Positions 8,544 to 17,690 of a stretch of 32,208 bases of DNA are shown piece by piece. Below the pieces are notes generated by a model. The model was not told where the DNA came from and searched no databases. It was given only the letters and a program-made list of their open reading frames with translations. Source of the DNA: Minisyncoccota bacterium (GTDB lineage Bacteria > Patescibacteriota > Minisyncoccia > UBA6257 > HR35); NCBI GenBank assembly GCA_028276315.1, contig JAPYWP010000001.1, positions 1 through 32,208 of the forward strand, given 5' to 3'. How positions within the stretch are numbered: the stretch's first letter is position 1; each line of letters starts with the position of its first letter. The position numbers were made by a program, and so were the translations under genes.

Positions 8544-10595
8544 TTACCCTTCTAATATTTTACCTTTTTGAGAATATAAAGAATAAAGTTCTGGAAATGA
8601 AGTTAAGTTTGGATCTTTTTCAAGAATCATTTCTGCTGCTTTTTTTGATTTTTCAATTAAAGTTAAATCTTTCAATCCTTCAATTACAAGATCAGGAATT
8701 CCAGATTGCTCTTTTCCAAAAAATTCTCCTGGTCCTCTTAATTTTAAATCTATTTCTGCAAGCTCGAGTGCATTCTTTTTTTCTTTTAATGCTTTTAGTC
8801 TTAAATATCCATTTTTTGTAAATTTGTTTAAAAATAAAAAGGCATAACTTTCTTTACCGTACCTTGATAATCTACCTATCATTTGATAAAGCTGCGCTAA
8901 ACCAAATCTTTCAGCATTTTCTATAATCATAAGATCTAAATTTTGTAAATTTAAACCAACCTCGATAACTGAAGAAGTTACTAAAATATTTATTTTATTT
9001 TTATTTAAATCTTCAATAATTCTATTTTTCTCTTCTGATTTCATTTTTGCATATAACATTGCTATTTGAAAATCACTAAAATATTCTTTTATTTTTTTAT
9101 ACTCAGCCTTAACATTTTTAATTTCGTCATTTTTCTCTTCTACTCTTGGACAAACAATAATAAGTTGAGATCCTTTTTTAATTTTATTTTTTAAAAACTC
9201 ATAAACTTTTTTTCTTTTGTTCTCTGAGACAATATATGTTTTAACTAAAAACGGAAAGGGTCTTTCTTTTATGGTTGAGATATCTAAATCACCATATAAA
9301 ACAAGAGCTAATGTTCTTGGTATTGGAGTTGCTGTCATAGATATAAAATGTGGTATCAAACTACTTTTTGATTTTTCTATTAATTTTGCCCTCTGTTCAA
9401 CTCCAAACCTTTGTTGTTCATCTATTATTACAATTCCAACTTTTTGAAATACTATTTTTTCTCCTAAAAGCGAGTGTGTACCAATCACTATATCTACTTT
9501 ACCTTGAAAAATATTATTTTTCATCTTTTCTTTAGATATTTTTACAAAATAACCGCCGTGACCAAAAAGACATTCATTTGATGAAATATAACCTAAACTT
9601 ATATTTTTTTTAGAGAAAAAACTTAAAAAATCATCAAAATGTTGTCTTGCTAAAACTTCTGTTGGTGCCATTAAAACAGCTTGAAAATTATTTAAAACAA
9701 CATTAAAGACAGCCATTTTAGCTAAAACTGTTTTTCCGCTTCCAACATCTCCTTGTAAAAGTCTATTTGATGGTTTTTGATTTTGTAAATCTTTTTTAAT
9801 CTCTTCCCAAACTCTTTTTTGCTCTTCAGTAAGTTTAAATGGCAAAATTTCTTCAGTTTCTTTTTCATAAATTTTTATTTGGGGGGCTTTTTTTTCTAAA
9901 AGTAATTTTCTTTCTTTTAAAATTTTTAGTTGAAAAATTAAAAGATCTTCAAATATAAACCTTTTTTTACTTTCTTTTGCAATAAAAATATCTTTTGGAA
10001 AATGAACATTTAAAATAGCGTCATCTATTTTTTTAAGATTAAATTCTTTTAAAATAAAATCTGGTAAAGGATCTTTTAAGGTTTTAAGATCTAAATTTTG
10101 GAAAATATTAAAAATTATTTTTCTAATTTGTTTCGAATTTATACTGCCTATTTTTCTATATACAGGCACTACCCTTGCAAGATGGATTGTTTTTTGTTCT
10201 TCTGTAGCTACTTCTAATGGACTAAAATAAGTACCAAATTTATTTTTCACAAGTTTTCCGGCTATATAAATTTCTTTTCCTTTAAATTTAATTGGATGTC
10301 TTTGCCCAAACCAAAGAACCCTTAAAGAAGCGGTATCGTCTGTTAAAATTCCCTCTGTAATTAAAAGTTTTCTTTTTCCTATTCTATATTGCCTCAAAGA
10401 ACCTAATTTACCATAAATTGTTACAGCTTGATCAAATTTTAAATCCTTTATTTTTACTATTTTGCTAAAATCATCATACCTAAAAGGAAAATAAAAAATT
10501 AAATCTTTAACTATATTAAATCCATTTTCTTTTAATATATTAGAAATTTTAGGCCCTACTCCTTTTACATATCTTAAATCATCAGTTAACTTCAT
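8544..10595 (-). CDS. recG: ATP-dependent DNA helicase RecG
   Basis: N-terminal VKGVGPK and wedge/OB region, LQGDVGSGKT Walker A, IIDEQQRFG, MTATPIPRTL, DLKLRGPGEFFG TRG motif. Confidence 0.96.
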   Translation of the reverse strand: MKLTDDLRYVKGVGPKISNILKENGFNIVKDLIFYFPFRYDDFSKIVKIKDLKFDQAVTIYGKLGSLRQYRIGKRKLLITEGILTDDTASLRVLWFGQRHPIKFKGKEIYIAGKLVKNKFGTYFSPLEVATEEQKTIHLARVVPVYRKIGSINSKQIRKIIFNIFQNLDLKTLKDPLPDFILKEFNLKKIDDAILNVHFPKDIFIAKESKKRFIFEDLLIFQLKILKERKLLLEKKAPQIKIYEKETEEILPFKLTEEQKRVWEEIKKDLQNQKPSNRLLQGDVGSGKTVLAKMAVFNVVLNNFQAVLMAPTEVLARQHFDDFLSFFSKKNISLGYISSNECLFGHGGYFVKISKEKMKNNIFQGKVDIVIGTHSLLGEKIVFQKVGIVIIDEQQRFGVEQRAKLIEKSKSSLIPHFISMTATPIPRTLALVLYGDLDISTIKERPFPFLVKTYIVSENKRKKVYEFLKNKIKKGSQLIIVCPRVEEKNDEIKNVKAEYKKIKEYFSDFQIAMLYAKMKSEEKNRIIEDLNKNKINILVTSSVIEVGLNLQNLDLMIIENAERFGLAQLYQMIGRLSRYGKESYAFLFLNKFTKNGYLRLKALKEKKNALELAEIDLKLRGPGEFFGKEQSGIPDLVIEGLKDLTLIEKSKKAAEMILEKDPNLTSFPELYSLYSQKGKILEG

Positions 10596-10948
10596 AGATT
10601 AGCTTCTTTAAGATTTTTTATAAACTCATCTACAATTTTTTTAAGTTCTTCTTCAATAATTTTTAAAGCTTTTTCATTTTTAAAATAAAATGATCTTTGT
10701 AATATAATGTTTGCAATTATCTTTATTTTTGAATCTTTGCTAAGATAATTTTTTAAATTTTCATTTTTCTCCAACTCTAAAAATTCATCTAATAATGATT
10801 TAAATTCATCTTCAACTTCTTTTTCTATCCCCTCTTCTTTAAATCTTTCAAAAACTCTATCACTAAATACTTCTAAAAATTCCATCTTTTCTTCATCATT
10901 AAGTTGATCAAAAAATAATTTTAAAATTTCAATATATTCCTTTTCCAT
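10592..10948 (-). CDS. Hypothetical acidic helical protein, possibly DUF5663-like
   Basis: 118-aa ORF overlapping the recG start (ATGA). The LNDEEKMEFL...F.R and IIEEELKKI pattern recalls CPR DUF5663 proteins; the family call is tentative. Confidence 0.7.
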   Translation of the reverse strand: MEKEYIEILKLFFDQLNDEEKMEFLEVFSDRVFERFKEEGIEKEVEDEFKSLLDEFLELEKNENLKNYLSKDSKIKIIANIILQRSFYFKNEKALKIIEEELKKIVDEFIKNLKEANL

Positions 10949-10957
10949 AAATTTCTA

Positions 10958-11359
10958 TTATTTAAAACTTCCACCCATATTCTCTAAATTATTCATAAAT
11001 ATCTCAGCAAGTTTATTACACAAAATTACCCACAATAAAGGAATTATAAATATAAGCCCCATTAAAGTCATTCCTAATTTTTTAAATTTTTCTTTTTTTT
11101 CTGATTTTTTCTTTAATTTTTCTTCAATAATTTTTTTTGCAGAACCCCTAATTTTTTCCTTATCTTCTTTTTCTAATCTTTTCATAATTTCTTTTACATC
11201 ATGACCTTCTTTTATTTTCTTTATAATTTCTTCTATATCATTTTTTCTTGTTGTGTATATTTTTTCTTCTAAAGCGCTTGCCTCTTTTTTTAATTCTTCT
11301 ATTCCTATTTCTTTTTTCTCTTCGCCTTTTTTTATAAATTTTTCCAAATCTCCATTCAT
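10958..11359 (-). CDS. Hypothetical protein: charged coiled-coil N-terminus with a C-terminal TM helix
   Basis: Start reassigned to ATG at 11359 (MNGDLEK) because the track's extension lies inside tmRNA. K/E-rich region followed by LGMTLMGLIFIIPLLWVIL. Confidence 0.75.
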   Translation of the reverse strand: MNGDLEKFIKKGEEKKEIGIEELKKEASALEEKIYTTRKNDIEEIIKKIKEGHDVKEIMKRLEKEDKEKIRGSAKKIIEEKLKKKSEKKEKFKKLGMTLMGLIFIIPLLWVILCNKLAEIFMNNLENMGGSFK

Positions 11360-11367
11360 AAAATTTG

Positions 11368-11690
11368 TGGAGGTGACGGGAATTGAACCCGCGTCCAAGA
11401 AGGTCTTGTTAAAAACTCTACGGGGGTAGGGGGTTTAATTATTCTTTTAGGGTTTAAAACCCCCAAAATCCCTAAAAGAAGCTACAGTTAAATTTTACTG
11501 AATTAAAAGCTGTAGCACCTTTTAATTCAGCTAGTAGAGCTTGATTTTGGAAATAGCACCGCTCTACAAAATGCTATTCCCAGAAATTTCTTTAAAAAAT
11601 TAAGCTACGGCAGTTTTTTAGCCGCTTTTAAGGTGCGGCAAACCTCCCCGCATTTTTAACTTGACCTTCTTGTCGAATCCTTTCACCCCC
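11368..11690 (-). ncRNA. ssrA: tmRNA, one-piece, about 323 nt
   Basis: 5' GGGGGTGAAAGGATTCGAC and 3' GACGCGGGTTCAATTCCCGTCACCTCCA with a G3-U70 pair. Helix 2 (CAAGAAGGTC/GACCTTCTTG) and four pseudoknots are readable, e.g. GTAGAGC/GCTCTAC, GCTACAG/CTGTAGC, GGGGGTTT/AAACCCCC. Confidence 0.95.
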
Positions 11691-11711
11691 TATTTAAAAT
11701 TTATTTACTTT

Positions 11712-12019
11712 GGAAAGTAACCAATAAGCCGGCTTCTGTTTTAGACCATTAATCTTGGTTAAGAATTGCTTCTTAACTCAAGCGGCTCTCCCAAAATGGG
11801 AACGGCCTTGCACCCAGGAGGCAAAGACCATTTTTCGGGGTCACCCCCGAAAAAGAATTAAGGTCCTTTTAAATGGTTTTAAAAGAACCTTAATTCAGTT
11901 TCACATTACTTCGTCTCTGTGGTCTTTGCAAAAGATTGCTCTTTTCTGCGTTTCCGCAGCTCCTTTTTTGGGTGGCCGGACTTTCCTCCCTAAAAGGGCG
12001 GTCTTTTTGGTTACTTTCC
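11712..12019 (-). ncRNA. rnpB: RNase P RNA, reduced type A-like, about 308 nt
   Basis: P1 GGAAAGTAACCAA/TTGGTTACTTTCC; CR-I GAGGAAAGTCCGG; CR-V AACAGAAGCCGGCTTAT; GNRA-capped P9, P14 and P18. Confidence 0.95.
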
Positions 12020-12025
12020 TTATAA

Positions 12026-12053
12026 ATTATAAAATAAAATTTAAATTTTGCAA
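12026..12053 (-). promoter_or_regulatory. Promoter for rnpB (and probably ssrA)
   Basis: Minus strand TTGCAA-16 nt-TATAAT, then 6 nt to the first G of P1 at 12019. Confidence 0.75.
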
Positions 12054-12060
12054 ATTAGAG

Positions 12061-13317
12061 TTATAACTTTTCTAAAAATTTTCTAATTTTTTTCTCATCA
12101 ATTTCACCAATTAAAGATATAGCAGCATTATTTTTATTTATAATTTTTCTTGCAATATCTTCTACTTGTTGAATTTTTATTTCTTTAATTTTTTTAATTA
12201 TTTCTTTAGGATCTTCTATTTTTCCTTTTAATATTTTATCTATACCAAAAAACCAAGCATAATCAGTAGACATTTCAAGGCTCATTATAAATTTTGCAAT
12301 CATATTTTCTTTTGCTTTCTCAAACTCATCTTTTTCTATCTTATCTCTAATACTTTTATAAACAGAAACCATAGAATCTAATGCTTCATAAATAAGTTCT
12401 TTTTTAATTCCTGCAAAAGTAGCTAAATAACCATGATCAATAAATCCATCATTTTCTGTTCTAATATAATAAGCTGCTCCTAATTTTTCTCTAATTTCTA
12501 AAAACATTCTAGAACTCATCATTCCTCCTATAATTTTAGATAATAATGATGCAACAATATAATTTTTATCTTTAATTGAAAAACTCAAAAAACCAAAACC
12601 TAAATGAAACTGATTTATTTCTTTTTTTTCTATTTTAATTTTAGGAAGTTTTGGCTTATTGAATTCAGGCTTTAAAGATCTTTCTCCTTCTTTAATATTT
12701 GAGAATTTTTCGAATATTTTTTTAATATCTTTATCTTTTAAGTTTCCAGCAACAATGACAACAATATTTTTTGAATTATAAAACTTATTATAATAACTTA
12801 AAATATCTTGCTTTTTAGTTTTTTTAATATTTTCTTCTAAACCTATTATTGGCCATCCAGCTGGTTGATCTCCATAAAGAGTGTTTAAAAACAAATCCCA
12901 AATATATCTTGCAGGGGTATCTTTATAAAGATTCATCTCTTCAATAATTACTCCTTTTTCTTTTTCTATTTCTTCTTCTGGAAAAATTGAATTTACTAAA
13001 ATATCATTAACTAAAAATAAAATATTATCTAAATTATCATAACTACCTCTAGCCCAATATCCTATATATTCATAAGAAGTAAAAGCATTATATTCAATCC
13101 CATGTCTATCAAATTCGCTTAAAAGATCTTTATAGTTTGGAAAAGTTTTTGTTCCTTTAAAGCATAAATGTTCTATAAAGTGAGATATTCCATTATTCTT
13201 TTTTTCCTCATACTCAGAGCCCGATCTAACTAAAACCAAAACAGTAACCGAGGGAAAATCTTTTTTAACAAAAATAAAATCTGTCCCTTTTTTATTTTTT
13301 TTGGAAATTACTTTCAT
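12061..13317 (-). CDS. M16 family (insulinase/pitrilysin-like, M16B) zinc peptidase
   Basis: Inverted zincin GISHFIEHLCFKGT, NAFTS, EKEKGVIIEE, and C-terminal SSRMFLEIREKLGAAY. Confidence 0.93.
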   Translation of the reverse strand: MKVISKKNKKGTDFIFVKKDFPSVTVLVLVRSGSEYEEKKNNGISHFIEHLCFKGTKTFPNYKDLLSEFDRHGIEYNAFTSYEYIGYWARGSYDNLDNILFLVNDILVNSIFPEEEIEKEKGVIIEEMNLYKDTPARYIWDLFLNTLYGDQPAGWPIIGLEENIKKTKKQDILSYYNKFYNSKNIVVIVAGNLKDKDIKKIFEKFSNIKEGERSLKPEFNKPKLPKIKIEKKEINQFHLGFGFLSFSIKDKNYIVASLLSKIIGGMMSSRMFLEIREKLGAAYYIRTENDGFIDHGYLATFAGIKKELIYEALDSMVSVYKSIRDKIEKDEFEKAKENMIAKFIMSLEMSTDYAWFFGIDKILKGKIEDPKEIIKKIKEIKIQQVEDIARKIINKNNAAISLIGEIDEKKIRKFLEKL

Positions 13318-13859
13318 TTTTTATAAATTCCGTAAATTTCCCCTGATTTTAAAATCTTGCCTTTTAATAATGGCAAGAGTTCTTCTTTTTTTGAACCACT
13401 AGGTAAATTTAAAATAGAATTTAATGCATAAACCCTGAAAAAATAACGATGCTCTTTACCCGGTGGCGGACAAGGGCCACCATAATTAATTTTACCAAAG
13501 TCATTAATACCCTCATTTGGTGGTTGGTAACCTTCTGGAATTTCTTTAATTGGTGGTATATTCCAAGCGAGCCAATGTACAAAAACTCCACTTGGTGCAT
13601 CAATATCTTCAACTATAATAACAATTGTTTTTGTATCTTCTGGAAGATTTTTTATAAATATTGGTGGATTAATATCTTGACCATCGCAGGTGTATTTTTG
13701 GGGAATAAAATTATTTTCAAAGACAGAACTTAAAATTAACTCATTTTCTTTTAATGACTTACTTTCCTTTTTAAAAATAAATAATTTAAAGAAGAAATAC
13801 AAAACTATTAAAATTAAAAGCAAAATAAAAATTTTTTTAAAATTAAAAAATCCTCTCAT
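13314..13859 (-). CDS. YbhB/YbcL family PEBP (Raf kinase inhibitor-like) protein with N-terminal membrane anchor
   Basis: YTCDGQDINPP, EDIDAPSGVFVHW and YGGPCPPPGKEHRYFF motifs; hydrophobic N-terminus. Confidence 0.93.
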   Translation of the reverse strand: MRGFFNFKKIFILLLILIVLYFFFKLFIFKKESKSLKENELILSSVFENNFIPQKYTCDGQDINPPIFIKNLPEDTKTIVIIVEDIDAPSGVFVHWLAWNIPPIKEIPEGYQPPNEGINDFGKINYGGPCPPPGKEHRYFFRVYALNSILNLPSGSKKEELLPLLKGKILKSGEIYGIYKK

Positions 13860-13870
13860 AGAAAAATTAT

Positions 13871-14431
13871 TTAAAATTTAACTTCAACTCTTTTTGATTC
13901 TTCTTGAGATTCAAGATCAAAAAATTCTTCTTCTTTAAATCTAAATATTAAATTCAATAAATTGTTTGGAAAAATTTTTAAAAAAGTATTATAATCCATC
14001 ACAACTTGATTATAAAATCTCCTTGCAGCCTGAATTTTATTTTCTGTATCAGAAAGTTCCATTTGAAGCTCTTTAAAATTCTCATTTGCTTTTAACTGTG
14101 GGTAATTTTCAACTATAACAAAAAGATTTCTTATTAAATCGTTCATTTGCCTTTGATTTAAATCTATATCTTTTACATCATTTAAGTTATAGAAATTAGA
14201 TCTTAATTCTGTTATTTTTGTTAAAACTTCTTTCTCATGAATAGCATATCCTTTTACTGTATTCACTAAATTTCCAATTAAATCATATCTTCTTTTAAGC
14301 TGAACCTCTATATCTGACCAGGCTTCTTTAACTCGATACTTTCTTTTAACAAAACCATTATAAGCAAAAATAACATAAAAAATTAAAACAATAATTATTA
14401 AAAATATAATTTTTTCTATCGTTATTTCCAT
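13871..14431 (-). CDS. lemA: LemA family protein
   Basis: N-terminal TM helix; AWSDIEVQLKRRYDLI, ENYPQLKANENF, ENKIQAARRFYN. Confidence 0.95.
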   Translation of the reverse strand: MEITIEKIIFLIIIVLIFYVIFAYNGFVKRKYRVKEAWSDIEVQLKRRYDLIGNLVNTVKGYAIHEKEVLTKITELRSNFYNLNDVKDIDLNQRQMNDLIRNLFVIVENYPQLKANENFKELQMELSDTENKIQAARRFYNQVVMDYNTFLKIFPNNLLNLIFRFKEEEFFDLESQEESKRVEVKF

Positions 14432-14434
14432 ATG

Positions 14435-15067
14435 TTAAATTTTAAATCTTTTTTCTAAAATTTCAATACCACAGAGATCCAAAAAAAGATATTTATGATT
14501 TAAAAGATCTTTCAGATTCAAATTTCTCACTTCTGTAGCAAAAACCCCCTCAATATTCCTACAGCTTTTTATAAGATCTCTACTACATAAAGCAATTGTA
14601 ACACTTTTTTTCTTTTTTTTGCCTAAAATATTTTCTAAAAAGTTATTAATTTCTTTTGTTTTCTTCCCCAAAGAATTTAACTCATCAAATACCATTACTT
14701 CATTGTCCTTTATTTTTTTAAACAATAAAGAACGTAAAGCATTAATTCTCATTTTTTTAGGAATTTTAAATTCATATTTTTTTTCATTTCTAGGACCAAA
14801 AGTTACGCCGCCACCTTTCCATAAAGGAGAACGAATAGAGCCGTGCCTTGCTCTACCTGTGCCTTTTTGTGGCCATGGCTTTCTCCCGCCACCTCTTACT
14901 TCTGCTCTTGTCTTTGTATGAGCAAAGCTATAATGAGTCTTATTTAAATGCCATCTTAAAACCTGATGTATCAATGGTTCATTAAATTTATAAACAAAAA
15001 CTTCAGGAAGCTCAATTTCTTTTACTTTTTCTCCTTTTAAATTATAAACAGGCAACTTCATTTTCAT
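14435..15067 (-). CDS. rplD: 50S ribosomal protein uL4
   Basis: TKTRAEVRGGGRKPWPQKGTGRARHGSIRSP. Confidence 0.98.
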   Translation of the reverse strand: MKMKLPVYNLKGEKVKEIELPEVFVYKFNEPLIHQVLRWHLNKTHYSFAHTKTRAEVRGGGRKPWPQKGTGRARHGSIRSPLWKGGGVTFGPRNEKKYEFKIPKKMRINALRSLLFKKIKDNEVMVFDELNSLGKKTKEINNFLENILGKKKKKSVTIALCSRDLIKSCRNIEGVFATEVRNLNLKDLLNHKYLFLDLCGIEILEKRFKI

Positions 15068-15072
15068 GAATT

Positions 15073-15684
15073 TTATTTTTTAATTAATACTCCTTTTCTA
15101 GTTAAAAAATAAGGTCTAATTTCTAAAAGACCACCTTTTTGACCAGGAACAGAACCCTTTAATGCTAAAAGATTATTTTCTGGATCAATATCTACAATTT
15201 CAAGATTTTTAACTGTGACTCTTTTATTTCCCATTCTTCCAGCCATCTTTCTTCCTTTAAAAACTCTCTGAGGATAAGATGGGCCAATAGAACCAGGGTG
15301 TCTTAATCTATCTTGCTGACCATGAGACTTTGGACCACCAGAGAATCCATGTCTTTTTACAACCCCTTGAAAACCTTTTCCTTTTGAAATACCACTAATA
15401 TTTACTTTATCACCTTCTTTAAAAAATGAAACATTAATTTTATCTCCTACTTTTATATCTTTTATTAATTCTTCTTGAACTCTAAATTCTCTTATATATT
15501 TAAATGGCGGTTTTGTTTTTTTTATTTTTTTTGCTTTTTTAATCTCTTCAAAACCAAGAACTAATCTTAAGGGGTTTTTTTTAATATCTAAAACAACACA
15601 GGGTCCAGCCTCTATAATAGTTACTGGAATAACTTTTCCATTTTTAAAAATTTGACTCATTCCTATTTTTTTACCAAGTAACAT
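15073..15684 (-). CDS. rplC: 50S ribosomal protein uL3
   Basis: GKKIGMSQ, SKGKGFQGVVKRHGF, RHPGSIG...VFKGRKMAGRMG. Confidence 0.98.
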   Translation of the reverse strand: MLLGKKIGMSQIFKNGKVIPVTIIEAGPCVVLDIKKNPLRLVLGFEEIKKAKKIKKTKPPFKYIREFRVQEELIKDIKVGDKINVSFFKEGDKVNISGISKGKGFQGVVKRHGFSGGPKSHGQQDRLRHPGSIGPSYPQRVFKGRKMAGRMGNKRVTVKNLEIVDIDPENNLLALKGSVPGQKGGLLEIRPYFLTRKGVLIKK

Positions 15685-15689
15685 GTTTT

Positions 15690-15989
15690 TTAAATTATTT
15701 TAATTTCTATCTCAACTCCAGCAGGTATTGAAATATCTTTTAGGGCAGAGAAAATTTGAGGAGTTGTTTTCATTACATCTATAATTCTTTTATGAATTCT
15801 AATCTCAAATTGTTCTCTTGAATCTTTATAAATAAATGGAGCTCTATTTACTGTGATTTTTTTGATTTCAGTTGGAAGTGGAATTGGTCCTTTATAATCT
15901 GCATCAAATCTTTTTAAAATATCAATAATCTCTCGACAAGAAGTGTCGATTAATTTATTATCGTAAGATTTAAGCTTAATTCTAATCAT
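15690..15989 (-). CDS. rpsJ: 30S ribosomal protein uS10
   Basis: IRIKLKSYD, GPIPLPT, KDSREQFEIRIHKR. Confidence 0.98.
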   Translation of the reverse strand: MIRIKLKSYDNKLIDTSCREIIDILKRFDADYKGPIPLPTEIKKITVNRAPFIYKDSREQFEIRIHKRIIDVMKTTPQIFSALKDISIPAGVEIEIKII

Positions 15990-16023
15990 AACTCAAAATT
16001 TTGAATTTTGTTTTTTAATTTAC

Positions 16024-17223
16024 TTATTTTATTATTTTTGTGACAACTCCAGCACCAACAGTTTTACCACCTTCTCTTATAGCAAATCTTTGTCCAACTT
16101 CTAATGCAACTGGATATATCAAAGTAACCTTCAAATTAACATTATCACCTGGCATAACCATTTCAATACCCTCTGGAAGTTTAATTTCTCCAGTAACATC
16201 TGTTGTTCTAATATAAAATTGTGGCCTATACCCACTGAAAAATGGAGTATGTCTTCCACCCTCTTCTTTTGTTAAAACATAAACTTCTGCCTCAAATTCT
16301 TGATGTGGAGTAACAGTACCTGGTTTTGCAACAACTTGACCTCTTTCTACTTCTTCTTTCTTAATTCCTCTTAAAAGCAATCCTACATTATCTCCTGCCT
16401 TAGCCTCATCTAATGTTTTATTAAACATTTCAATACCTGTTACAACTGTTTTTTGTGTTGGTCTTAAGCCTACAATTTCAACTTCTTCGTTTAATTTTAA
16501 AACCCCTCTTTCAACTCTACCAGTAACAACAGTACCTCTACCTTCAATTGAGAAAATATCTTCTATTGGCATTAAAAATGGTTTTTCAGTGTCTCTAACT
16601 GGTTCTGGGAAATAATTATCTATAGCATCTAAAAGCTCTAAAATACCTTTTGCATAAGGATCATCTAATGATTTTGCTTCAAGTGCTTTTAATGCTGATC
16701 CTCTTATAACTGGAACCTCATCTCCTGGAAAACCGTATTTTTTCAAAAGTTCTCTTACTTCACTTTCAACTAAATCAACAATTTCAGGATCTTCAACCAT
16801 ATCTATTTTATTTAAGAAAACAACAATAGCAGGGACTCCAACTTGTCTTGCAAGTAAAATATGTTCTCTTGTTTGTGGCATTGCACCATCTGGAGCAGAA
16901 ACAACCAAAATAGCACCATCCATTTGAGCAGCGCCTGTTATCATATTCTTTATATAATCTGCATGCCCCGGACAATCAATGTGTGCATAGTGTCTTTTTT
17001 CTGTCTCATATTCTGAGTGGTGAATATTTATAGTAATTCCTCTTGCTTTTTCTTCTGGAGCATTATCAATTTCATCAACAGTTTCAGCTTTTTCTATTAA
17101 TCCTTTAAGCTTTAATACATATTGAATTGCTGCAGTTAAGGTTGTTTTTCCATGGTCTACGTGGCCAATTGTTCCAACATTAAGGTGTGGTTTTTTTCTT
17201 TCAAATTTTTGTTTTTCTGCCAT
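16024..17223 (-). CDS. tuf: Elongation factor Tu
   Basis: [39 protein letters not shown]. Confidence 0.99.
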   Translation of the reverse strand: MAEKQKFERKKPHLNVGTIGHVDHGKTTLTAAIQYVLKLKGLIEKAETVDEIDNAPEEKARGITINIHHSEYETEKRHYAHIDCPGHADYIKNMITGAAQMDGAILVVSAPDGAMPQTREHILLARQVGVPAIVVFLNKIDMVEDPEIVDLVESEVRELLKKYGFPGDEVPVIRGSALKALEAKSLDDPYAKGILELLDAIDNYFPEPVRDTEKPFLMPIEDIFSIEGRGTVVTGRVERGVLKLNEEVEIVGLRPTQKTVVTGIEMFNKTLDEAKAGDNVGLLLRGIKKEEVERGQVVAKPGTVTPHQEFEAEVYVLTKEEGGRHTPFFSGYRPQFYIRTTDVTGEIKLPEGIEMVMPGDNVNLKVTLIYPVALEVGQRFAIREGGKTVGAGVVTKIIK

Positions 17224-17285
17224 AGTAAGAAAACTTAGACCATCTTTAAAGATAGCCTAAGTTTTAAAATTTTATTAATAATTAA

Positions 17286-17299
17286 ATTATAACATAAAA
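17286..17299 (-). promoter_or_regulatory. Extended -10 promoter for the tuf-rpsJ-rplC-rplD unit
   Basis: Minus strand TTTTATGTTATAAT (TGn-TATAAT); the same string precedes rpsS at 22198..22211. Confidence 0.6.
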
Positions 17300-17357
17300 A
17301 TTTAAAAGGCAACATATAAAGTTGATTTTAAAAAATTTTGAGTTAAAATATAAAATT

Positions 17358-17690
17358 ATGAGCAATTTAAACCTTTATGAAATAGCATTTTGGACAAAAA
17401 GCGAGGATTTAAATTTTGTAAATGAGATCAAAAATTTTTTAGACCAAAAGGAAGATGAAAAAATTTTAAAAGAGCATCCAAAATTTGGTAAATTATATTG
17501 GATTTTAGGTTATATTCAAAAAACAGAATTGCCAAAATTAGAGAAGTTTTTAAGATCTTCAAAAAATATCAATCAATTTATTATAATAAAAGTAAAAAAG
17601 AAAAAAGTTGAAAAAGAAACCAAAGAAAATAATTTAGAAAAAGATTTAGATAAAAAATTAGAAGAAATTTTAAATTATGAACATCAATAA
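17358..17690 (+). CDS. rpsF: Divergent 30S ribosomal protein bS6
   Basis: ATG at 17358. YEIAF N-terminal strand and LEKFLRSSKNINQFIIIK match the S6 pattern; position directly before ssb; charged tail ending DLDKKLEEIL. The central WGxRxLAY motif is not recognisable. Confidence 0.65.
   Translation: MSNLNLYEIAFWTKSEDLNFVNEIKNFLDQKEDEKILKEHPKFGKLYWILGYIQKTELPKLEKFLRSSKNINQFIIIKVKKKKVEKETKENNLEKDLDKKLEEILNYEHQ

Noticed and set aside
11360..11398. N-terminal extension MDAGSIPVTSTNF of the 10958..11398 ORF
   Set aside because: It is a translation of the tmRNA T-arm and acceptor stem; the likely start is ATG 11359.
11755..12066. 103-aa plus-strand ORF
   Set aside because: Antisense to the RNase P RNA; open only because the RNA gene is GC-richer.
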